DNA of 64,000 bases. It comes from Alphaproteobacteria bacterium (GTDB lineage: Bacteria > Pseudomonadota > Alphaproteobacteria > UBA8366 > GCA-2717185). Position 1 is the first letter of the stretch. Each line of letters starts with the position of its first letter. The position numbers and the translations under genes were made by a program. Below are positions 19,571-28,776 of the stretch, one piece after another. Under the pieces are notes generated by a model, which did not search any database, was not told where the DNA came from, and was given only the letters and a program-made list of their open reading frames with translations. The stretch is taken from NCBI GenBank assembly GCA_040905865.1, contig JBBDQU010000085.1:48295-112294 (forward strand), read 5' to 3'.

Positions 19571-20062
19571 TTAGTCGCGACGATAGAAATGGTACCGCCC
19601 CGGCGCGACGTCCGCGGGCAGGGGCGCTGGCGTCAGGCCGGCCACGCCGTCAAGAGACTGGTCGCAAATCGCGAATCCGCCGGGCAACATCAGGGTTGGG
19701 ATTACCGGACCCAGCAGCGCCACGTTCCGGGCCGTCGACGCCGCATCGCCATACCCGATATCGGCATGCACCAGTATCGCGTTCGGCCCCAGCCGCCTTG
19801 CCGCGTCGAACAGCGTTTCGGGCATCCGGCCCAGAAACAGGTGGGCTTCATCCGGCCGGCAATCGGGATGCGATGCGACTTCCTTGTCAAAGACATAAAT
19901 GTCCTGAACCGGAAAAAGATGGCGCAGATGATCGTAGGTCCGGCCGTTGCCGAGGCCGAGTTCCAGAATATGCCCCTCGCGGCCGCGCAGCATTGACGCC
20001 GCCGCATTCAGACAGCTGCGCTGCGCCTTCAGCCGTTCGATCACCGTGTCGAGCCGCGTCAT
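19571..20062 (-). CDS. Small class I SAM-methyltransferase-like protein
   Basis: Motif I-like ILELGLGNGRT and a later LVHADIG. It is the last gene of the ABC/cNMP operon. The assignment rests on these motifs only. Confidence 0.5.
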   Translation of the reverse strand: MTRLDTVIERLKAQRSCLNAAASMLRGREGHILELGLGNGRTYDHLRHLFPVQDIYVFDKEVASHPDCRPDEAHLFLGRMPETLFDAARRLGPNAILVHADIGYGDAASTARNVALLGPVIPTLMLPGGFAICDQSLDGVAGLTPAPLPADVAPGRYHFYRRD

Positions 20063-20098
20063 TGAACGACCTTTTTTTCTGTCCCTTCTATCATCGGA

Positions 20099-20554
20099 TC
20101 AGGATTGCGACCTGGCGACCGCTTCCCGCAATCGCTCGGTCGTCTGTTCCAGACGGTGCGCCAGTTCCCGCATGATTTCCACCGCGATTTCCGGAAATTC
20201 GACGACCAGACTGAAAAACAGTTCCTTTGAAATGCGCAAGGTCGTCATCTGTACCTTTGCGCGCACCGTCGCCGTTCGCGGCACATCGCACAGGATCGCG
20301 ATTTCGCCGACGACTTCATTCTGTTTCAGCGTGGCGACAACCAGCGGGCCGCCCGGCGTGTCGACGATGACGTCGGCTTCACCGCCGATAATGATATAGG
20401 CCGCATCGCCGGCGTCGCCCTGCTCGAAGACGGTGTCCCCGGCCGCGAACGTCAATCGCTGGCTGGTAAACGCCAGCAGTTTCAGCTTCGACGGATCAAT
20501 TTTCGCAAAAAGCGGAATGTTCCGAAGCAGTTCGACTTCCTGCTGCAAGCTCAT
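20099..20554 (-). CDS. Stand-alone cyclic-nucleotide-binding domain protein
   Basis: CAP-type cNMP domain: LLRNIPLF..., FEQGD.GD..YIII.G, phosphate-binding cassette VGEIAILCDVPRTATVRA. 151 aa with no output domain. Confidence 0.88.
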   Translation of the reverse strand: MSLQQEVELLRNIPLFAKIDPSKLKLLAFTSQRLTFAAGDTVFEQGDAGDAAYIIIGGEADVIVDTPGGPLVVATLKQNEVVGEIAILCDVPRTATVRAKVQMTTLRISKELFFSLVVEFPEIAVEIMRELAHRLEQTTERLREAVARSQS

Positions 20555-20571
20555 GACTTACCTCCTGGGCC

Positions 20572-23238
20572 TCAACCCGCCGCCAGCAATGCCTGAAAAT
20601 CACCATTCGCATTGCGCAGTTCCTCAAACGTGCCGGTTTCAGCGATACGTCCGGATTTCAATACCATAATATGGTCGAAATGTTTTGCATCCGAAACACG
20701 ATTGAGAATCCAGATAACACCCTGCCCTTCGCGCTCCTGAAGTATATTTTCCATGATCCTGTTCTGACTGACGGCGTCGAGATTCGCCGACGCCTCGTTC
20801 AGTAGCAGTATATCCGGGTGCCGGACCAGACCGCGCGCGATTGCCAGTTTCTGGCGCTGGCCCTGCGACAGCCTGCCGCCGCCGTTGCCCGCCGGAAATG
20901 CGAGGCCCGCGGAAACCACGATTTCCCGCAAATCCAGCTCGTCGACGATATCGCCTATCAGACGGCCGGCCTTCGCTTCAGCCTGAGCCTGTCCAAAGGA
21001 CACCTTGCCGAACAGAATATTGTCCTGCAGCGATGCGGCGGCGTTATAGGTATCGGCGTCGAAAAAGGCAATCCTGTCGCGCAGGTCCTCGGGCAGTCCC
21101 TCGGCAAAAACCCGGCGCGCCTCCAGGATCCGGGAGATCATCTGATCGTCGATCAGATCCAGGCGATGACGCGCCTGGATCAGCTTGAAAGGCAGCGAAA
21201 TGAGGCGCTGGCGGTCTGCCGGCGTCACCCCGCCGGCGCCGCGCGCCGCGCGGCCCAGAATAGCCTGAAATTCCGGCAGGTCGTCGGAACCGATAAAACT
21301 GAACTGCTCGAAAAATTCATGGCCAGGCGGCAGATCGGCAAACAGTTCCAGCATTGTCTGCGCAACCTGTTTACCCATTTCCAGGAAATCGTCGCTCAGT
21401 TTCACCTTGTCCAGAACACTCTTGATATAGTCGTTTCCGGCCAGATTCTCCGGATCGAAAGACCCGCCGATCGGCAGGCCGAACAGAATGTTTTCCGCGA
21501 CGGTCGCATTGGAATTGTATTTCTCTGGATCGAAGGGCTCGATCAGCAACGCCACGGCGGGGTCGGCCAGTCGGTCGCGAAGCGCCGAACGCGCGGCCAG
21601 TATCCGCTCGGCAATGTCCGGCTGGCGCGTCGGATCGATCACGCCGCGCAGGCCGAAACGGTATACTTCCTCGTCCATGTCGACCAGCCGCAGGATCTCG
21701 ACCAGTCGCCGTTTCAGGCCTTCCCGGTCTGCCACGCCGGCTTCGTTCAGATCGACCCAGTCCGCGTTGTAATCGAAGGGGGAATTGCCGGTCTCGATTG
21801 ACTCGGCGGGATCGATGGCGTCGCCGATTGACGGGGCGTCGGGGTCCGCCGGCCCGATCATGCGGTGTTTCAGCCCATAGAGAATGTTGTCGCCCACAGA
21901 AGCGGCCTGCAGGTAAGGGCTGGAGCCGACATAGGCGATGCGGCGGCCGGTCACGGCCTCCGGCAGTGTTGCAAGGTCGCTGCCGCCATACACAATCGTG
22001 CCGGAGGTCGGGCTGACCAGTCGCGCCAGAACGGTGCCGAGTTCGGTCTTTCCGCTGCCCCCGTCGCCGACGATGGCGGTATGCGATGCAACCGGCACTG
22101 TGAACGAAATCGCGTCCAGCGCCCGGACGCCGTCTTCGTCGGCAAGGCCTACGTTGTTGACGATCAAATTCCCCCTGATCGGCGATGGCCCGTCTTCGGG
22201 ATCCGCCGTCTGCAGTTCTTCTTCCAGCATGCCCTGCGGCTCGAACTGTTCGACCACCTGCTCGTACTTGATGCGGGCATCTTCCTTCTGCTGATACCAG
22301 GTCAGCAGCTCCTTCCACGGGCTCGCCAGGTCCTTGTAGGCATTCAGGACGGCGACCAGGGCGCCGACCGTGAGGCTGCCCTGAATGACCAGATAACCGC
22401 CGATGGAAAAGAAGAAGAAAGGCGTCAGCTTGTCGATGAAATTATTGAGAAACTTGATAAAAAACTTGCGGCGATAAATTTCGTACCGGATGTCGTAAAT
22501 CGCGCCCAGGCGGTTCGTAAACCGCGATAATTCGAAGAACGATGTATCGTGCGCATGGATTTCGTTGATGCTCGAAACAGATTCGCCCAGATGGTCGGAC
22601 AGGCGGCGGACATGCTGCACACGCAGCTTGCCAAGCGCGTTCACCTTTTTCTGCAGTTTGGGAATTATGTAGCCCTGTATCGGAATCATGCCCGCCGCCG
22701 CCAGGCCGAGCGTCCAGTCCTGCAACATGATATAGCCGACGATCAGGATCAGCTGACCGCCAAAAAACAGCGGGTCGGCGAATGCAATGCCGATGAAACC
22801 GCCCAGCGGCTCGACTTCGGCCGTGATCATCGGGATGATTTCGCCTTGGCTTACCTTTTTGAAATGCGGCGTCGGGAACCGCAGGATCCGCGAATACAGC
22901 TGGTAGCGCATCCGCCGCAGCAGCCGTTCCCCGAGCCGCCCCTTGTAGACGCTGATGTAGTATTTGAACCCGCCGGTAATGAAAACCAGGCCGAGATAGG
23001 CAAAACTCAATACCATAAGATAGGTCAGCTGGCTGACATCTATCGGTATTTCAAAACCGAATATCGGTATTTCAAACGGGGGCGCCGCCCCTTCGCTCTT
23101 GATCGCCCTGTTGATGATGATTTTCGGTAGGTCGAGCGACACAAACAGAAACGGATAAAACGCCAGAATTACGATCAGCAGCGTGATCTGCTGCGGCAGA
23201 CTGTACCGCAGGATATATTTGAAAATGGATTTTTCCAT
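20572..23238 (-). CDS. Atypical ABC exporter (TMD-NBD fusion) with expanded, non-canonical NBD
   Basis: N-terminal 6-TM ABC_membrane-like region, Walker A GDGGSGKT, signature-like LSQGQ, Walker B DILLLNE, H-loop position ILNRVS. About 330 aa lie between the Q-loop and the signature motif. Confidence 0.85.
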   Translation of the reverse strand: MEKSIFKYILRYSLPQQITLLIVILAFYPFLFVSLDLPKIIINRAIKSEGAAPPFEIPIFGFEIPIDVSQLTYLMVLSFAYLGLVFITGGFKYYISVYKGRLGERLLRRMRYQLYSRILRFPTPHFKKVSQGEIIPMITAEVEPLGGFIGIAFADPLFFGGQLILIVGYIMLQDWTLGLAAAGMIPIQGYIIPKLQKKVNALGKLRVQHVRRLSDHLGESVSSINEIHAHDTSFFELSRFTNRLGAIYDIRYEIYRRKFFIKFLNNFIDKLTPFFFFSIGGYLVIQGSLTVGALVAVLNAYKDLASPWKELLTWYQQKEDARIKYEQVVEQFEPQGMLEEELQTADPEDGPSPIRGNLIVNNVGLADEDGVRALDAISFTVPVASHTAIVGDGGSGKTELGTVLARLVSPTSGTIVYGGSDLATLPEAVTGRRIAYVGSSPYLQAASVGDNILYGLKHRMIGPADPDAPSIGDAIDPAESIETGNSPFDYNADWVDLNEAGVADREGLKRRLVEILRLVDMDEEVYRFGLRGVIDPTRQPDIAERILAARSALRDRLADPAVALLIEPFDPEKYNSNATVAENILFGLPIGGSFDPENLAGNDYIKSVLDKVKLSDDFLEMGKQVAQTMLELFADLPPGHEFFEQFSFIGSDDLPEFQAILGRAARGAGGVTPADRQRLISLPFKLIQARHRLDLIDDQMISRILEARRVFAEGLPEDLRDRIAFFDADTYNAAASLQDNILFGKVSFGQAQAEAKAGRLIGDIVDELDLREIVVSAGLAFPAGNGGGRLSQGQRQKLAIARGLVRHPDILLLNEASANLDAVSQNRIMENILQEREGQGVIWILNRVSDAKHFDHIMVLKSGRIAETGTFEELRNANGDFQALLAAG

Positions 23239-23451
23239 GAACCGGCGTAACGACCTTCTGCCGCAGAAACGGTATGCCCCTCTCGAGAATACCTTACCGC
23301 AGCAGTTTGCTATGGTAAACGTTTAGAAATTGCTCATTATTGCCCGGTATCGCTGCAATATTTATGACCAATCATAAGATTCGGAACTTCCGGTTATTAC
23401 ATGATACGTGCCATAGTAGGCGCGCTGTAGCGGGGAAAAAGGGGATAGGGC

Positions 23452-24669
23452 ATGAGCGGAGACCGTCGTCCGCCACGCGTGCTGATATACAGTCATGATT
23501 CGTTCGGGCTCGGCCATCTGCGCCGATGCCGCGCCATCGCGCATGCGATGTGCGAAGAGAATGAAGACCTGTCTGTTCTGATCCTTTCGGGTTCTCCCAT
23601 TATCGGCAGTTTCGATTTCCGCTCGCGGGTGGATTTCGTGCGGGTCCCCGGGGTCATCAAACTGCGGAACGGCGAATACACCTCTCTGACGCTGCCGATG
23701 GCGATCGAGGACGCGATTGAAATGCGGGCCTCGATCATTCGACACACGGCGGAGGTCTTCGACCCCGATATCATGCTGGTGGACAAGGAGCCATTCGGCC
23801 TGCGCGGCGAACTGGCGGAAACGCTCGACGTCATGAAATCGCGCGGCACCCATGTCGTACTGGGGTTGCGTGACGTGCTGGACGATCCCAGACAGCTGAG
23901 AGCGGAGTGGAAGCGAAAGAATGCCGCCGCCGCGCTGAAGGAATATTACGACGAAATCTGGATCTATGGTCTGCCGCAGATATGCGAACCGCTGATCGGC
24001 GTGGACCTGCCGGCGTCAACGCGGCGCAAGACGACCTATACCGGTTACCTGCAACGGTTCGCCGACACCGACACCGCGTCGGAACTGCCCTTCGTGAAGC
24101 ATGGCGACCCGTTCATACTTGTTACGCCCGGCGGCGGCGGCGATGGCGAGGAACTGGTCGACTGGGTCATTCGCGCCTATGAAAGCGCCGCCTCCCTGCC
24201 GCACCGGTCGGTCATTGTGCTGGGCCCCTTCATGCAATCGGATCGCCGCGCGGAATTCATCGCCCGTGTCGACCGGTTGCCGAAGGTTGAGGCCATCACC
24301 TTCGATGCCCATCTGGAAAGCCTGATGGTCAAGGCTTTGGCGGTCGTCGCGATGGGCGGGTACAATACATTCTGCGAAATCCTGTCCTTCGACAAGCGGG
24401 CGCTGATCGTCCCGCGCACGGAGCCGCGCCAGGAACAGCTGATCCGCGCCAGCCGGGCCGCCGAGCTTGGCTTGCTGACCATGCTGCGCGGCGACGCGGA
24501 ACGCAAGGCGGATGTCATGGCAACGGCATTGCGCCATCTGCCGCAACAGAACCTGCCTTCGCACTCGGTCGTACCGGGGCTGCTCGACGGGCTGGAAAAT
24601 GTGAACATCCTGACCCGGCGCGCCCTTGAGCATCAATCCCGCCCGTCCCTGGCCCGGCAGCGCGCGTGA
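23452..24669 (+). CDS. GT-B glycosyltransferase (COG4671/GT28-C-like), copy 1
   Basis: N-terminus RVLIYSHDSFGLGHLRRCRAIAHAM, and a C-terminal ...MGGYNT..E... typical of the MurG-like GT-B C-domain. Confidence 0.75.
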   Translation: MSGDRRPPRVLIYSHDSFGLGHLRRCRAIAHAMCEENEDLSVLILSGSPIIGSFDFRSRVDFVRVPGVIKLRNGEYTSLTLPMAIEDAIEMRASIIRHTAEVFDPDIMLVDKEPFGLRGELAETLDVMKSRGTHVVLGLRDVLDDPRQLRAEWKRKNAAAALKEYYDEIWIYGLPQICEPLIGVDLPASTRRKTTYTGYLQRFADTDTASELPFVKHGDPFILVTPGGGGDGEELVDWVIRAYESAASLPHRSVIVLGPFMQSDRRAEFIARVDRLPKVEAITFDAHLESLMVKALAVVAMGGYNTFCEILSFDKRALIVPRTEPRQEQLIRASRAAELGLLTMLRGDAERKADVMATALRHLPQQNLPSHSVVPGLLDGLENVNILTRRALEHQSRPSLARQRA

Positions 24670-25906
24670 CATCGTGTCTGTTCTTTTCATTCTGAAAGGG
24701 TATCCCCGCCTTTCGGAAACCTTCATCGCCCAGGAAATCCGCGCCCTCGAACAGCGCGGAATCGAAATCGAAATCGCGTCCCTGCGACATCCCACCGATA
24801 CGCAGACCCACCCCATTCATGACGAGATCGCCGCCGGCGTCCTGTACCTGCCGGAATATCTCCATGACGCGCCTGAACGCGTACAGGCGGCACGGTCGGC
24901 TGTGCGGCAAATGCCCGGCTACGCGGCTGCCTATGCCCGCTTTCGCGCGGATTTGCGGCGCGACCCGACCCGCAACAGGATACGGCGTTTCGGACAGGCC
25001 TGCATGCTGGCGCATGAACTGCCCGCCGGCATAACCCGGCTGCACGCGCATTTTCTGCATACGCCGGCTTCGGTTGCGCGGTATGCAGCCATGATGACGG
25101 GACTGCCCTGGAGCTGTTCCGCCCATGCCAAGGATATCTGGACGACGCCGGAATGGGAAATTCGGGAAAAACTGTCGGACCTGGACTGGCTGGTCACCTG
25201 TACCGCGGCGGGGACCGAATACCTTCGCGGGCTGGCGCCGGACCCCGGCGCGGTCTCTCTGGTCTATCATGGCCTCGATTTTTCGCGATTTCCACCGCCC
25301 GGCGCGGCGCGGCCGGCGCTTGACGGATCCGGCGCGCCCGTATCCATCCTCTCTGTGGGCCGGGCCGTTGCAAAGAAGGGCTATGACGAACTCCTGACGG
25401 CGCTCGCCGGGCTGCCGGCGGAAATCAACTGGACATTCCGCCACATCGGCGGCGGACCGCTATTGCCGGCATTGCAGGAACAGGCGCGGCAGCTGTCCCT
25501 CGCCAACCGCATCGAATGGCTGGGCGCCCGGTCGCAGGACGCCGTTCTGGCCGCGCTGCGGGATGCCGACCTTTTCGTGCTGGCGAGCAAGACGACCGCG
25601 GATGGCGACCGCGACGGATTGCCGAACGTCCTGATGGAGGCGCAAAGCCAGGGTCTCGCGGTCGTCTCCACCACGGTTTCCGGTATTCCCGAACTGGTGC
25701 ATCACGGCGTGACGGGATTGCTCGTCCCGCCCGGTGATCCCGACGCCACCGCCGGGGCGCTCGAGGCGCTGATCCGGGACCCGGCCCTGCGACGGCGCCT
25801 CGGGGACGCGGGCCGCCACCGCGTCCATGCCTGTTTTTCAATGGATGACGGCGCCGATTTTTTGGCCGCGCGGTTTCGGCACGACAAGCATTCCGCCGCG
25901 GCGTAA
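24626..25906 (+). CDS. Family-4-type (GT-B) glycosyltransferase, WcaL-like
   Basis: The C-terminal ...DGLPNVLMEAQSQGLAVVST.VSGIPELV.HG.TGLLVPPGD is an E-x7-E-type GT4 motif. An alternative GTG start at 24674 would remove the 44-nt overlap. Confidence 0.8.
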   Translation: MSINPARPWPGSARDIVSVLFILKGYPRLSETFIAQEIRALEQRGIEIEIASLRHPTDTQTHPIHDEIAAGVLYLPEYLHDAPERVQAARSAVRQMPGYAAAYARFRADLRRDPTRNRIRRFGQACMLAHELPAGITRLHAHFLHTPASVARYAAMMTGLPWSCSAHAKDIWTTPEWEIREKLSDLDWLVTCTAAGTEYLRGLAPDPGAVSLVYHGLDFSRFPPPGAARPALDGSGAPVSILSVGRAVAKKGYDELLTALAGLPAEINWTFRHIGGGPLLPALQEQARQLSLANRIEWLGARSQDAVLAALRDADLFVLASKTTADGDRDGLPNVLMEAQSQGLAVVSTTVSGIPELVHHGVTGLLVPPGDPDATAGALEALIRDPALRRRLGDAGRHRVHACFSMDDGADFLAARFRHDKHSAAA

Positions 25907-27024
25907 TGCGCGTCGCATTCTATGCGCCCCTGAAGCCGCCGAATCACCCGGTTCCGTCCGGCGACCGGCGCATGGCGCGCCTGTTACTGGAAGCCATACG
26001 GCGCAGCGGCAACGACGTATCCGTCGCCTCCACGCTGCGGGCATACGACGGCGCCGGCGACACAGACAGGCAGAACCGCATTCGGCGGCGGGGCGAGGCG
26101 CTGGCGCGGCAATTCATCGAACGGAACAGGGAGAACCCGCCGGATATCTGGTTTACCTATCATCTCTATCACAAGGCGCCGGACTGGATCGGCCCCCTGG
26201 TCTGCGACGCCTTCGCCATCCCCTATATCATTGCGGAAGCCAGTATCGCCCCGAAACAGGCCGGCGGCCCCTGGACCGATGGGCTGGCTGCCGTGACCGC
26301 GGCGGTCCGTGGGGCAAGCCGTGTCATCGTCCTGAACCCGGTCGACCGCGAATGCATCGAGCCCTTCACAGGACCGGGCAGCCGGATTGTCGCGCTGCCG
26401 CCCTTTATCGATACCGGGCCGCCACGGCGGGCAGCGGCGGACCGCCAGCGGCATCGGACGACGCTGGCCGCCCGTCATGGCGTCGCGCCCACTTATGTTT
26501 GGATCGCGGTTTCCGCCATGATGCGCTTTGGCGACAAGCTGGAATCGTACCGCGTGCTCGGGCGGGTCATGCAGGGGCTGCGCGACCTGCCGCTGCGCTG
26601 GCTGGTCGCGGGCGACGGTCCGGCGCGGGCGGATGTCGAAGCGCTGCTGGGCGCCGACGTGACCTATCTGGGCGCACTGGGCCCGCACGACATGGATATG
26701 CTGCACGCGGCGGCGGATTTTGCCGTCTGGCCTGCGATGCGGGAAGCCTTCGGCATGGCCATGCTGGAGGCACAGGCGGCGGGTGCGCCGGTCATCGCCG
26801 GCCGCTCTCCCGGCGTGGCGCAGATAATCGCCGATGGCGAAACCGGCATATTGACGCCACCCGGTGACGACATGACTATGGCGGCGGCGATCCGGGCGCT
26901 GGCGAAGGATCCGGAACGACAACGCAGCATGGGACGGGCGGCAATGTTCAAGGCGGAACGTGAGCATGATATCGCGGCGGCGGCAATCGGCATCGGCCGG
27001 CTGTTGCGGGAAGCGGTGTCTTGA
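25906..27024 (+). CDS. Family-4-type (GT-B) glycosyltransferase
   Basis: N-terminus MRVAFYAPLKPPNHPVPSGDR..., C-terminus REAFGMAMLEAQAAGAPVIAG...GETGILTPPGD. The start overlaps the upstream TAA (TAATG). Confidence 0.8.
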   Translation: MRVAFYAPLKPPNHPVPSGDRRMARLLLEAIRRSGNDVSVASTLRAYDGAGDTDRQNRIRRRGEALARQFIERNRENPPDIWFTYHLYHKAPDWIGPLVCDAFAIPYIIAEASIAPKQAGGPWTDGLAAVTAAVRGASRVIVLNPVDRECIEPFTGPGSRIVALPPFIDTGPPRRAAADRQRHRTTLAARHGVAPTYVWIAVSAMMRFGDKLESYRVLGRVMQGLRDLPLRWLVAGDGPARADVEALLGADVTYLGALGPHDMDMLHAAADFAVWPAMREAFGMAMLEAQAAGAPVIAGRSPGVAQIIADGETGILTPPGDDMTMAAAIRALAKDPERQRSMGRAAMFKAEREHDIAAAAIGIGRLLREAVS

Positions 27025-27617
27025 CGATCCTTGCCGTCGTGCGGCACGGCCCGACCCACTGGAACGAAACCGGCATCGTACAGGGCCGCAGCGACATCCC
27101 GCTGAGCGAAACCGGCCGGGCCCTGGTTCGCACGTGGCGTCCCCCGGTGGCGTTTACCGAATACGAATGGGTCTCCAGCCCGCTGCTGCGCGCCGTCGAA
27201 ACCGCAACGATCCTGCGCGGTTCACCGCCGCCCACCGACCATCGCCTGGTCGAAATGGACTGGTCCGAATGGGAAGGCATGTCCCTGCCGGACCTGCGGG
27301 CGCAGATGGGCAACCTCATGAAAGCCTGGGAAGCCAAGGGACTCGATTTCCGTGCGCCCGGCGGCGAAAGTCCGCGCGACGTGCAGGACCGGCTGCGACC
27401 GTTTCTGGCGGAACGGGCCCGCGCCGGTACGCCCACAGTCATGGTCTGCCACAAGGGCGTGATCCGGGCGCTTTACGCCATGGCGGTTGCCTGGGACATG
27501 ACCGACAAGCCGCCGGAAAAGCTGCTCGACAATTGCACCCATACGTTCCGGCTCGACCCCCACGGGGCGCCTGTCCCGCACCAGTTGAACATCCCCATGA
27601 CAACGCCGGAAGTATGA
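27021..27617 (+). CDS. Histidine phosphatase (phosphoglycerate-mutase-like) family protein
   Basis: Catalytic RHG motif in ILAVVRHGPTHWN, plus a later ...VCHKGVIRAL... (second His). TTG start within a TTGA overlap. Confidence 0.85.
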   Translation: MTILAVVRHGPTHWNETGIVQGRSDIPLSETGRALVRTWRPPVAFTEYEWVSSPLLRAVETATILRGSPPPTDHRLVEMDWSEWEGMSLPDLRAQMGNLMKAWEAKGLDFRAPGGESPRDVQDRLRPFLAERARAGTPTVMVCHKGVIRALYAMAVAWDMTDKPPEKLLDNCTHTFRLDPHGAPVPHQLNIPMTTPEV

Positions 27618-28774
27618 ACGGGCGAGGCGGCCGCGTGATGTTCTATGTCCAGCATCTGCTGGGCGTCGGTCACCAGGTTCGCGCGGCGGCAATAACGCGG
27701 GCGATGCAGGCACGCGGTATGGACGTGCATTATGTGTCGGGCGGCTTCGACGAAGCCGGACAGGACCTTGGCGGCGCGCGGCGCCTGCAGCTTCCGCCGG
27801 CGCGCACGGCGGATGCGGGTTTCAGCACATTGCTGGACGCCGCCGGACAGCCGGTCGACGCCGCCTGGGAAGACAAGCGCCGCCGCGCCCTGCTGGAGGT
27901 TTTTGAATCGGTTTCCCCGGATCTGCTCCTGATTGAAAGCTTCCCCTTCGGCCGTCGCCGCTTCCGGTTCGAATTGTTGCCCTTGCTGGAAGCCGCCCGG
28001 GGAAAGGCCGTTATCGCGGCGTCGGTTCGCGATATCCTGGTCGAGCGGGACGACCCGGAACGGACCCGCTGGATTGTCGGCATAGCGGAATCCTTGTTCG
28101 ATGCGGTTATTGTCCACGGCGATCCCGGCATCGTTGAATTCCGCGACACCTTCGCAGGCGCGGACGCCATCGAACATCTGATCCGGTATTCCGGTTACGT
28201 GACCGCGGCGGCGGCCCGAAATCGGCGGCGGCGAACAAATACCGTCCTTGTTTCGGCGGGCGGCGGCGCGGTCGGCGGGACGCTGCTGCGCACGGCCATT
28301 GCAGCGCGGCCGCTCACGCGACTGGCGGACGCGCCGTGGCGGCTGGTCACGGGACCGAATTTGCCTGAATCGGATAGAAATTCGATAACTTTGCCGGACG
28401 GCGTGACGGCTGACACTTTCATTGCGGATTTTCGCGGTACTTTAGATAAAGTTGCGGTTTCCGTAAGTCAGGCAGGATACAATACCGTCATGGATTTATA
28501 CGCGACAGCAACGCCGGCGGTACTGGTGCCGTTCAGCAGCCACGGCGAAACGGAGCAGTTTCGGCGCGCGTCCATCCTTGCGGAACGCGGGCATTTCCAG
28601 CTTGTCCCGGAACCGCAGCTGACGGCGGAAACCCTGGCCCGGGCCATCGACCGGGCCCTTGTCGCGCCCCCGCCGGATCCGTCCGGCGTCGATTTCAACG
28701 GCGCCGCCAATACCGCCGATATTGTTGCCTCCCTCATTGCCGACCGGCCCGCCCCGCCCCCGCTGCCGAACTGA
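27614..28774 (+). CDS. GT-B glycosyltransferase (COG4671/GT28-C-like), copy 2
   Basis: N-terminus MFYVQHLLGVGHQVRAAAITRAM is paralogous to the N-terminus of the 23452 gene. C-terminus ..SQAGYNTVMD... ATGA coupling at 27614-27617. The ORF track starts earlier, at 26960. Confidence 0.75.
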   Translation: MNGRGGRVMFYVQHLLGVGHQVRAAAITRAMQARGMDVHYVSGGFDEAGQDLGGARRLQLPPARTADAGFSTLLDAAGQPVDAAWEDKRRRALLEVFESVSPDLLLIESFPFGRRRFRFELLPLLEAARGKAVIAASVRDILVERDDPERTRWIVGIAESLFDAVIVHGDPGIVEFRDTFAGADAIEHLIRYSGYVTAAAARNRRRRTNTVLVSAGGGAVGGTLLRTAIAARPLTRLADAPWRLVTGPNLPESDRNSITLPDGVTADTFIADFRGTLDKVAVSVSQAGYNTVMDLYATATPAVLVPFSSHGETEQFRRASILAERGHFQLVPEPQLTAETLARAIDRALVAPPPDPSGVDFNGAANTADIVASLIADRPAPPPLPN

Positions 28775-28776
28775 CC

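Noticed and set aside
23041-23076. A tandem duplication TATCGGTATTTCAAA(N6)TATCGGTATTTCAAA lies inside the ABC exporter gene.
   Set aside because: It is in frame and simply encodes the duplicated peptide FEIPIFGFEIPI in the first extracytoplasmic loop. This is a small internal duplication, not a regulatory or CRISPR-like repeat.
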